The position numbers were made by a program, and so were the translations under genes. Below the pieces are notes generated by a model. It made no database searches and was not told the origin of the DNA. It was given only the letters and a program-made list of their open reading frames with translations. A stretch of 64,000 nucleotides of DNA from Schmidtea polychroa (lineage: Eukaryota). The stretch spans positions 60,078,001 to 60,142,000 of the forward strand of contig CM097887.1 of NCBI GenBank assembly GCA_044892525.1. The letters run 5' to 3'. Within the stretch, counting starts at the first letter, position 1; every line of letters begins with the position of its first letter. This document shows positions 53,187 through 64,000 of this stretch, in pieces.

Positions 53187-53367
53187 ATAACGGATTTAGG
53201 CAATCAATTTGTATTTTAATATATCTTTATACTTCATTTATTAGCAGAGCTTGAAGACTATAATTAAATATAAATATTATATATATTTAATTATAGTCTT
53301 CAAGCTCTGCTAATAAATGAAGTCTAAAGATATATTAAAATACAAATTGATTGCCTAAATCTGTTAT
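53187..53367. repeat. 181-bp foldback palindrome
   Basis: 86-bp arms (53187-53272 / 53282-53367), 2 mismatches, 9-nt loop. Confidence 0.95.
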
Positions 53368-56300
53368 TATTTAACAACGTATTTACACGGAGAATTAATT
53401 AATTTAATAATAATGATAATTTTGCGTGCCAGCATTTATACTTATTATTCTTTACTATATAATAGTATTTGATACTTATAATACAATATATATTTTATTT
53501 ATAAATTAGCTATTTAAATATCCCTAACATCTCCCCTGTTTAAAAGGTTTTAGCCATTCAATGTTGCGAATTATAATTTTGCTATCTCTGTCTTGTAATT
53601 CATAACTATTTTCATGGATCTTTCTAACAGCGACAAAAGGTCCTTTTTTTCTCACATCTACTTTAACTAAAATTTTTCATTTATATCGAATTCTCGATGT
53701 ATCTGGTTTTCATTTTTATAATTTAAATTTCTTTGTTTTGATTGCACTTCCTTCAATATTTTACTTCTATCGTTGTATATTCTTTTATTATTGTTCCATT
53801 CTCTAGATATCCGGAAACCAAATACTGCTTCTGATGGGCTCTTTCCAATTTTGCTTTGAATAGTAGCATTAAAAGTAAACTCAATTTCAGGTAACACTTC
53901 AACCCAATTCCTCTTAAATTTATCTCTTAATGATATACTGATAAAATCTCGTATTGTTCGAAATTGTCTTTCAATCAAACCATTAGTGTTATGATGATAA
54001 GGACTAGAAAATTGTAGCCATATATTGTGATTCTTTGTCAACTCTTTTATCAAATTAGACTCAAATGTTTTTCGACAATCAACATGAATAACTCTCGGTG
54101 CCCCATATTTTAATATCCAGAATTAATATCCGCATTAGGTTTTTCGTTTGGTTTGCTACTGCTGTCATCGAAATGTATAGACTACACATATCTATAATTC
54201 CCAAAATATATTTCTTTCCATGAATGTTTGCCTGCAAAGGTCCACAAAAATCTATCGCTATAACCTCAAATGGTTCCCCCACTTGTTTTTTACAACTATT
54301 TCTTTTGTTTTTGTTGTCAAGGTTTTTCGTTTTGGAATCCAAATTTTATTTTCTCTTGTTAAAATTAAATCTTAATTGATTTTAAATCTTGTAATCTCAT
54401 TTTTATCAATTACTTTTCTCATATGTTCTATCTCTTCATTACCTTTTTTCCATTGATATCCATTTTTAGTAGCTGTCATTGACAACAATCTGATTTTTAC
54501 TTTCTCTGTCTTTGCATCTTCATGAATTTCCATACACTGAGTAAATCTCCTAAATTTATCTCTCGATAACGCATCAGCTTTCGAATGGTCAAATTCTTTT
54601 CGATATTTATTATCCATATCTAAACTACTCGAGAAGTTTATCCGTTTCTGAAATTGTGCCGTTATAGGTTTTTTAGTTGTCATCATAAATGTTATAACCT
54701 TTGGGTCCGTTCTTAGCTGGAATCGCTTGCCGTAAAGATAGTGCTTAAAATGCTGTGCAAAGTAATAAATTGTTAAAAGTTCCTTTATCGTGATACAGTA
54801 TCCTATTTCATGTTTACTCATCGTATGTGAACCATAGTCAATAACACGTTCATTACCTAGATCATCAATCTGTGACAGAACAGCTCCTATCGTGTCGAAA
54901 CTAGCAAAAATTCTTTCTCATAATCAGGATATATTAAAACTGATGTAGTTGTTAGTGCTTTCTTAATTCCTCAAAATTCTTGACATTCTTGTGACCAAAC
55001 TAACTTGTTTTTACTGTTTCCGCACATCGATTCTAATATTCTTGCGAATTTTGAATAATTCATTTTAAACTTTCTGTAATAATTACACAGTCCTAAGAAA
55101 CTACTCAATTGTTTTAAACATTTTGTTCTTTGAAACCCTTTTATTGAGAAATTTTGTCTCCTTCACCAAAGATTTGCATTTTTCAGAATTTATTTTTTTG
55201 TTTTCTAATACTTCATTTATTCTTTTTATATGATCTTCTTTGTCATTTGAGAATATTAAAATATCAATTTTTGATTAGTCCATAAAGCTTGTTGTTACAT
55301 CTTAATTCTATTAATTCTATTGCTCTTTTAAATAGAAATTCATCGCTCGTTCTTTTTCCAAATTTGGCTTCAATGTTGTATATTTCTATATTATTATTAT
55401 ATTCGATTGCATTTGCGCTGTTATTTTTGATAACTTTCATTAATTTAATGTCAAATCTACGTAATAAATCGATTCCTCCAATTATCGATACATTTTCAAC
55501 TACTACAAAAACAATATTTTCTTCTCTATTTCCTATATTTATTCTAAACTTGAGTCTTCCTAAAGTTTTTAACGGACTACGATTTGAGCACCAGATTTTG
55601 TCTCCATGTTCGTTTAAAACTGGATTTCCGATCTCTTTTATAATCGAACTATCAATCACATTCATTCTAGCTCCTGTATCCAAGAAACAATTCTTAAAGT
55701 AATTATTTATTCCTATTATTACACTTGGACGTCCGCCCATTTTATCATAAACAATATTATACTGATCCTTCTTCAAATATGTTTCACTTCTATTTTGTAT
55801 TCTACAGTCACATGTATCAAATATTCTACCCTTTCCATTATGTGCATAAATCATATTTTTTGCTATTTTTAATTTTTTTACGTCATCTTGAGTACAATTA
55901 TTTCTGCATTCTTTTTTATTATCGTCATCAATTTTTATTTTTTTTAAAATTATTTTCATTCGGCATATTTAAAATAATTGCATCATGAATATCCGTAACT
56001 TTATTTTTTACTGACTTATTTTTTACATTTTCCATTATTTCACATTGATTTGCTTTTTTAAAATTTGTTTCCAGCTCATTATTTTTTCCAACTATATCGA
56101 TATTTCCTACAATTCTACTGCTACACTTATTTCTAATTACATTATTCTCATCCAAAATTTTATTATTTACTTTATTTAAATTATCTACGAAAGGAATTGT
56201 ACTATTCATGTTATTATTTATATTTTCTACATTATATGCATTATTTACAAAAGAAATTATACTATTCACTTTACTACTACTACTACTATTTATATATTTA

Positions 56301-57320
56301 TATCTACTTATACATTTATACTGGCATATACAATCATTGCTCCGATCATCTTGCCTAAAGATGGAGCTTCTTGGTTTGGGTAGTCTTCGTTTTGACATGA
56401 GATCTTTTCATCGTTTTCGGTTTGATCAGTTTGAAACGCGGCTGCCTGTGTCCGTCTCGGTGGTCACGCTTGTCTGCATATCTCCTTCTGTCTGTCTGCT
56501 TCCAGCATTGAAATCGTAAGTGGCCTCTTCTACAGCATCCTGAGCACGATATTGATGGACATTCTCTTCTGTTGTTTCCAATATCTTTATACGCAAAACG
56601 TCTCATCTCTTCATTCTGTGCTCTCTGATTGCACTATCTGTAATTGGTGCCATTCTTTTCCACATAGAAAGCATTTCTGAACCCTTGGTTTCCGACATTC
56701 TCGACTTATATCATAGATTCGAATCAACTTCTTTAAGGGCTAAATTTATCAGATTCAAGGAAGACACGATTTAATTTTTTTTATTTAAAAAAATGTTAGA
56801 TTGATATATAAGAGCAAAGAAGTTATATCATTAGTCCATTTTCAAATAGTTGAATTTTTAAAAATTAATTTTTGTTTCTAAAAAAATTTCTTCAAATAAA
56901 ATTTTGAAGATTTGGGGACCGGGGCCAGTGGCCCCTCTGGCCATGCCTCTCCTAGGACCTGCTCATATAACCCACCTCATTAATTCCAACATGTAATAAC
57001 TGGTCTGTTTTTAACCGGTATTTCTCTTTGTTGGAATCTGTTCTGGAAATTATCGGCTTTCATCCTCGGTGTGAATCATATCTTTGTTCACTTCGTTGTG
57101 AATTTTTAAAATTTCTGCTTTGGTTCTGTCTATCGGCAAATCCTTGTCTTGTCTTGACAATACTCGCAAACGTTTCCTTCCTTCTATTTAGAACTGAGAT
57201 TCAGTATACTTCAATGTTTATATCATCGACCTTCTTTATCACTCCTTTTATTTCGTCGACGCTTATCGCATCTCTCATCTTTATTTCTTTCTTTGTCTTT
57301 GATACAATGGACCAAAAAAT
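53362..57320 (-). mobile_element. Ty3/gypsy element, decayed; RT core deleted, 3' LTR present
   Basis: gag 57320-56360 (CSGCCRRGHLRFQC); protease CFLDTGA; RH RFQLRTDPK; INT IAIDFCGP and SSPYHHNTNGLIERQF; PPT AAACAGGGGAGA 53541-53530; LTR TGTTAGGG...ATAACA about 53529-53362. Confidence 0.88.
56770..56950. mobile_element. One-ended GC-tipped MITE-like insertion interrupting gag
   Basis: AT-rich block ending GGGGCCAGTGGCCCCTCTGGCCATGCCTCT between two collinear gag pieces. Confidence 0.4.
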
Positions 57321-58343
57321 ATGACATTGATTCTAATATACCTCTTATATTTAACCTAGATCATCATAGTGTACAAAACTTACAATAGTTTAGTATACAA
57401 CTATACATTTTTGGGGGGAAAGGACGAAAAAAAGAAACAGAAAGAAGAAGCAAAAACATTTTAATTTTTTTCTCTTCTTTCTTCTTTTTTGAAATGTTAA
57501 AAGTGTTACATGTCTAATGCGGGAAAGTTTTCAGTGAGGGACAAAAATCTCAAATCCGGGACATCTGGTCCCTTTATGTTAATACTAGTTAAAATACTTT
57601 GATATCTAGAAATTTATTTGAATATTATTAAATGTTATTTACAATTAAAAACCGTTTTGAAAATTTTTGCTGAGAATCTGAGATATTATTTTTTCCAATT
57701 TTTTTGATATTTTCCAATTTTCCATTTGAAGTTTTAAAAATTGTTTGACTAATTTTTAATTGCATGTTTTCATTGGAATAATTAATTATCAGTCAATTTT
57801 GTCACATTATAATCTGAAAAGTTTATTTTTTCTTGACATTTCAAATCAGGTTTGTCAGGATGCATCGAAAAATAAAAATAATGTTATTTTTAAAAAATAA
57901 TTCAATGCTAATTTTCATTTGAATAGATTTTTAATGTTTATATTTTCTTTGCAAATTTTCTAATCAGTTATTTTTTCAAAAATAATTTTTATAGTATATT
58001 TTTATTAATGTAATCCTTGTAATTACTTGATTTTTGGCAACAACGATGAAATGTAAGTTGCTGCTCTACTAACAAGGAAAATATTTTTGATTCACAAAAA
58101 TAACATTTTGTCTCTTTTTTAATGTCGTGACACGACACGAGAGTTTTACTTTTACTTCGTAAGTTAATGGAAATAATAATTGAAGATCAAAAGTAGTCAG
58201 AAAATGTATAACTATATTTAATAAACATTTTTTAAATTTAGACCGAATAAAGTATTTTGTGATTCAATGCAATTATTAGTCAATTTTTAGTTAATTGAGT
58301 ATTGGTGTATTTTCTATGCAACCACAAAAATGTCCCTTGAATA

Positions 58344-58634
58344 CAGCGTCATGTTGTAACTGTGCAGACACTAAATTTTTTCAAAAAATTTTATTGCATT
58401 TATTGTTATTGATTTTAATTTAAAAAATAATACAAAGAAATTATAAATCAATTTTTCTAACTATTGCCGGAAAATTCATCAATTATATCATTGTAAATTA
58501 AAATTTTGAATTTTCATCTTTTATTTCCTTCAATTTGAGATATTTTTTTGATATTGGATAGGTTTTTCTAATGTATTTAATATTTGGGCGTCCAGGACGA
58601 TTGCACTTGTTGCATTTGCGATAGAACGGCGCTG
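58344..58634. mobile_element. hAT MITE, 291 bp
   Basis: Perfect 8-bp TSD CTTGAATA; termini CAGCGTC... / ...GGCGCTG. Confidence 0.8.
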
Positions 58635-59179
58635 CTTGAATATGACGTCTAAATTGGCAGTTTATAGCAGATTAGATTCTGTACAGAAATAATTTGTTTT
58701 CTGTCAAAGTAAAAGCTTCTAAGAATATTTTAAAGCTTTATAAAATGAGACTATGGTGGTTAAATGGGTTAAAACTGTTAGAGATTTTTGTAACTATTCT
58801 TTCAACCATTAAATGTTTAAGGCGATAAATTTTAATTTATGACAAATTATCCTAAAATTGAAAATTGAGCATTTAATAATTTGGTTTCCGTTAATATTGG
58901 TGATCACAACATAGTGATTAACAGGCCCACCGAGAGGGAGTAAGGGTCCATATACCCAGGGGCCCGGGTTTGATTTGTTATGTATTTAAATATAATATTA
59001 CTGACAATTAAGTTTATTTAACTACAATCAGTTTAAATTTCAAGCATCTGAATTCCATCAGAATATCAACGAGTAGTTAGATCAACATCGGTATCAATAT
59101 TCAAAAATAAACTAAATAAAGTTTTGAGTTTTTTTGGTAGTTGTTAGGTATATAAAAAACCTCCAAATTCAATAGACAT

Positions 59180-59500
59180 AATAACTGTCTTCCAGTTTGG
59201 CAGTGTGGTCTTCATATAGTTGGTTTGATATATCGTTTTAATGGAATTTGACATCTCGTAAAGCTTATTTGTAGATTCCTCGATAAATTTTCCATTGTTT
59301 TTTAACTTCGAATTATGCGAAATCTTGAACGTGATTATGTGAAGAAACTGTCAAAATATCTTGATTTTATTTATGACATCGAGCACGACAGTTGAACTTT
59401 GCATATTCCGTATATTTCCAATGCTTCTTTTCTTTAATACTTTTTACAAAACGGAAAGTAACCCATCCAGTAATAATAAATTTTGAAATTCATGACTCTT
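59180..59500 (-). mobile_element. FLYWCH-type MULE transposase relic
   Basis: LLLDG...KKHWKYTEYAKFNCRARCH...SSHNHVQD. Confidence 0.6.
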
Positions 59501-59565
59501 TTTTTAAAAACATCTTGTGTTTAATTGATAATAAAATAATAAAATGTACTTCTTAGCATAATTAT

Positions 59566-60014
59566 CATGGGCGTCCGCATGGGGGGGGGCAATTGGGGGC
59601 ACTCCCCCCCTCCTAAATTTCCCAAACCATTCTATTTTTCGATTAATTTAAACACATTTTAATAGATGCGCTCAAACAATGTTGAAAAACCCAAAGACAA
59701 AAAAAATTAATAAAAAAATTTAATTTAAAGAGGCTTCCTGTTTTTTTAATGTTATTAATTAAATCTGGAAATCAATGATTTCAAAATCATCTTATTTGTA
59801 TAAAAACTTTCAATATTGCCTGACGTTCTGGTTTTAAAAAAAAGTGTTCTATTTTGTAAATAAACGAAAAAAAAGTCCTATTTTGTATAATGCCCTAAAT
59901 ATTTATTATACACATGTATTTTTTTTCAACTCTCTTCCCCCATAGAAAAATTGTCTACTTGGTAAAAAAATATTTTTGCCCCCCCCCTTGGAAAAATTCC
60001 TGCTGACGCCCATG
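59566..60014. mobile_element. hAT MITE, 449 bp
   Basis: TIRs CATGGGCGTC(C/A)GCA; perfect 8-bp TSD ATAATTAT; G/C-run subtermini. Confidence 0.92.
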
Positions 60015-60229
60015 ATAATTATTAACATTATTGTCATTAATCGCTTTTTTGAAGATTGCATTTTTGATGCAGTCGCCATCTAGACTATCGTCCCATTAGG
60101 GATCGCTATTTTTCGATCACCATTTTTAGCGTACATCAATAATGAATATTTTAATTAAGTTATTTAACTTAAATAAATTTCCTTAAATAAATTTCTCAAG
60201 TTAAATTTTTTAATTATATTTTAGATTCC

Positions 60230-60280
60230 GATAGCTATTCTGTGCCAATCAGAAGAAAAGTTGTGTCAAATGTAAAATTT
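60230..60280 (+). repeat. Exact 51-bp direct duplicate of 61125-61175
   Basis: GATAGCTATTCTGTGCCAATCAGAAGAAAAGTTGTGTCAAATGTAAAATTT occurs twice. Confidence 0.9.
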
Positions 60281-61081
60281 TTGTTATTTAGTAACTTGTT
60301 CATTATTATATTATTTCTGCACTTTTCAATTAAAAATTTTGGGATCGGTGAAATGAGGCGGATCCATAATAATTTTGCAAGCTCAGTTTAAATATAAATG
60401 AGTTTTTCCAATGAAATTTATCATTTTGAAATAAAAATTTTTAAAAATTAATTCATTGTACCGTATTTATTAATAGAATTGTACTATATTTTATATTGAA
60501 ACCTTTAATTCTAGTAATACAAAAGTCGCAGTCATTGAATTAGTTTTCTATTTAACCGTCCTAGATCAGTTTAAGTTGTGCATGTCTGCTCAAGATATTG
60601 AACTGTCACAACACATGTAGCAAAATTTATATGGCTAAATTATTCTTGCCATTTAAAAATCGTAGAAACTTTTAATTTTTACTGAATCAGAAAGTGTAAT
60701 TTTAATTAATTAAGGTTTATCAATAATAACATGAAACCAGATATACATTTTTTGTATAGAAACTTTTTAAATCTGCAGAAATTATTGTTCGTTTTCAAAA
60801 TTTAAACATCAAAAGTATTGCACTCTATAATAGTTGTGGGTTTTACTGTTTGAAATGAGAAGTCAAAATTGAATATTCTATTACAGTGGTTCCAAAGCAT
60901 TTGGAGCTATGGAGTCTTCCAAAGCATAAGTATTTATATGGAGCTCAGTGGTTCACTAATTGTGTGTTGTCAATCAACAATGGTTAGTATCAAAAATTTC
61001 AAAAAAATTAGCATAATTTTTGTAACTATCCGGGATTGGCATTGAGCTCCCCAGAGCAAAACTTGAAGAACGCTCATTTAT

Positions 61082-62090
61082 TATTAAGTTGGCGGGAAAG
61101 TTCTGTCATATTTTATTACCTGAAGATAGCTATTCTGTGCCAATCAGAAGAAAAGTTGTGTCAAATGTAAAATTTGAACTATCAAGTTAACTATATTATT
61201 AATTTTATGAATAATTATGTGACACGTTGGAAAGTGTAAATGGTCGGATCTGCCAAAGATGGTTAGGCAAATTTTACTTCAGAGGTTTCTGTCTTGTAGA
61301 AGATTGTCGATTTGGGTGACCATCCAAGGTCGACAATGACATCATGTGACCCATATCAAAGAATAACCTACATCTAACCACTAGAGCAATTAGTAAGGAA
61401 TTCTGCATCTACTATTAGACTGCTGAGGAACACATCGAACATTTTGGATTTGTCTTGAAGCATAGTATTTGTGTTCCTCACAATTCAATTGAAAGAAAAT
61501 TATTGGATCGTGTGAAAATCTATTTATCTCTCCTTATTAGAAAAAAATGTGGAGCCATTCTTGGACAAGTTCATTACGGGAGATGAAAGTGAATCCTGTC
61601 CCAGAATATAAAGTGAAAAAAGCTTTACTGAAAACCTGGAACAAGCGCCACAATTATAGAAAAATCATATCTTCATCAGCGGAAGGGATGCTTTGTTTAT
61701 GGTGGAATAGAAGAAGTCCAGTGTCCTACGAGCTACTGAAACAAGGGCAAACTGCTAATGCGAACACCTATTATAATCACCTTGATACATTGAATGCAGC
61801 TCTCCAGGAAATTCGGCCAGTATTAGCGAATAGAAAAAGAATACGATAATGCAAAATCACATACTGTAATGGTGACGCAACAAAAGTTGAATGAGCTTAA
61901 ATTGGAAGTTCTTAGTCACCAAACATCGGATTACTATCTATTTCGATCCCTTCGGAATTATCTGACAGGAATAAATTTACTTTTATCGAATCTGTATCCA
62001 TGACAGTTGCTGAATATTGTGGGTCCAAGGATGAGAACTTTGAGGTTAGGGGGATCGACAAGCTGCCTGAAAGATAACGTTATTAAACCT
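61082..62090 (+). mobile_element. Decayed mariner element
   Basis: Left TIR-like TATTAAGTTGGCGGGAAAGTTCTGTC; CQRW, CVPHN, FITGDE, LWWN, DNAKSH, SDYYLFRSL, GIDKLPER; right TIR not found. Confidence 0.88.
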
Positions 62091-64000
62091 TATTCAAATG
62101 TTTTATTAAAAATACAGCAGAAAATTCCCGTCATCAACATCATTTACTGTAAATTCAACCCTGAATCATTAAAAAAAGTTGATCGCTGATTTGATTAAAT
62201 ATCATATTTATATTAAGTAAGCACATTCTTGATGATCACTTTTCCTCTATAGTGGAATAATATGGGTGTGATTAAACAAAAGGAATGCAAAGTTTATAAT
62301 TAAAATGCAATAATTCACTTAAAACCTGATAGTATTTTCAATGAAAAATTTGCGTCCGATTCAGTATGACCTAAATATTTTAAATGACATTTTTCATCAA
62401 AAAACCGACAAAAATCATTTTTTTTCATTATAAAACATGTAAATAAAGGGGAAAACATTTTTGAAATTAAATCGATTTATTTATTTATTTGTTCACATTT
62501 CTTACAAATTTTAATCCTGGATTAATTCGGTAATCTAAAATATTATAATTTATATTTGCGGACCGCGTGGGGTGTATTCAAGGAATGTTTTTCTTGACAG
62601 TAGATCTTTTAGCATGTTTAATATTCTATTTTTTCAGCTTCTTTTATAATTTCTTTCATCTATAATAATAGTATTTACAATTTGATGAAATTTTTATATT
62701 AATATAATGTCAATTGAAAAGAAATCAGAGGCTAAAATTGAAAAAAGTTTTTATAATACTAATTGTATTATTTCGATTTGATATTTATCATTTTTAATAA
62801 TATTTTGTTTAAAAGGAACCTTTTGTTTCGTGCACTAAAATTTCGAATTGCTAATATATATTATTTTGTTTACTTGTTAGTGATGTAATAATGTAATACC
62901 AGTTGAACAATCAACGGATCATCTTTGGTTGTGTAAATATTTCCATCTCCAAGAAAACATTTAACATACTGTTAGTAGCTTTTTTTTCATTTACTTAAAC
63001 AATATATTTAGGATTGAGGAATTGTTTTCATGGATGGAGAATAATTTCCTAATAAAACTACCATCAACACGTACTTATATTTATTTATAAAAAAAATATT
63101 ATAACCCTTCAAATAAAATTTAAACTCAATAGAAAAATACTTTGTGATATTAAAAGTCATTAAAACAATCCCAATTTTAAAATTTGTAGCCCAAATTTAT
63201 TTAAATTCATATATTAACAAAAATATAAATTCCGATTTAAAAATTTGATTTGACGAAATTTTTGTATTGAAAATAAAGCCTGCTTCGAATTTCATAAAAT
63301 ATTTAAGGTTAGAAGACATTTAAATTTTCAGTTATATTAATAAGAAGTTTCAAAACATATTTATGCACTCCATTGAGGTAATGGTTATCTACCCGTCATA
63401 TTTTCAGTTTTCTATATCTTCTTGGTTTTGAGATATTTTTATTGAACATCGGAAATTGGAAATTGTAATTATTATATAAGATTTTTCAAGACTCGACTGA
63501 TTTTAATTAAAAGAATAACATTAAAGTAAAGACAACGAAGATATTTACAGTAATGTCGTTAGCTTCTAAAAGTGAATTTCTTCAATTTAGAATAGTATAT
63601 TAAGAGAAGAATTCAAGCAAATGGATTTAATTCTAAATTATATCAAAGAGGAATTTAATTTATTCCTTCAAATGAGGTTTCAGAAACATTTAAACTTCAT
63701 TTAAACTAGGAACATAATTAGTGGATAATTTTAGAAAGTAGAAAGTCAACTTCGTATTGAGCTGAGAAAGTGGTAATTAATAGAAAAGCTAGAATTATAG
63801 AGATTTATAGAGATTATTATTATTTGTCTTAGACTACTTATCTGATATTACTGAAAGAATTTCTTTTAACAAGTCAATAAAGTAAATAAAACTGATAATT
63901 TTAATTTCCTTCTAATTCAATGGTTTAGAATGAAAAAGGTGCTTCGATATCTTTACGTAGTATCATTTTTTTGAGTCACCGCTCTGTATCTTATATTCTG

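Noticed and set aside
26980-55988. Antisense or overlapping ORFs over TE genes (26997, 27444, 28977, 30195, 41298, 41845, 52072, 55289)
   Set aside because: Shadow frames of gag, pol and transposase sequence with no independent motifs.
59580-59612. G/C runs as a G-quadruplex element
   Set aside because: Part of the hAT MITE subterminal repeat, mirrored at the other end.

Overview
Very AT-rich animal genomic DNA with five N gaps, long (TA)n/(AAT)n runs and a minimal-intron class of about 43-53 nt. A freshwater planarian-like flatworm is a plausible source, but that is inference only. Two spliced host genes lie on the + strand. (1) The 3' part of a GAF-GAF cyclic-nucleotide phosphodiesterase (PDE5/6/11 family, most like PDE11): 12 exons from 872 to 20367, reconstructed in frame to 555 aa plus stop, with intact catalytic motifs. 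(2) The 5' part of an abLIM/UNC-115 LIM-domain gene: three exons from 31259 to 44624. Nearly everything else is a transposon graveyard: about seven relics of one Ty3/gypsy lineage (two near full length), a CsRn1-like gypsy element with LTR and tRNA-Leu PBS that splits a Polinton/Maverick DNA-polymerase relic, Tc1/IS630, mariner, Tigger/pogo, hAT and FLYWCH-MULE relics, and several MITEs with TSDs. No CRISPR array, rRNA or tRNA gene was seen. The best second-look items are a candidate internal first exon giving a short PDE isoform, the Polinton/retrotransposon nesting, a spliced relic with an IGIDPG (RuvC/RNase-H-like) motif, two long foldback palindromes and an antisense spliced pseudogene. 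I did not find a clearly intact novel system; these are leads.
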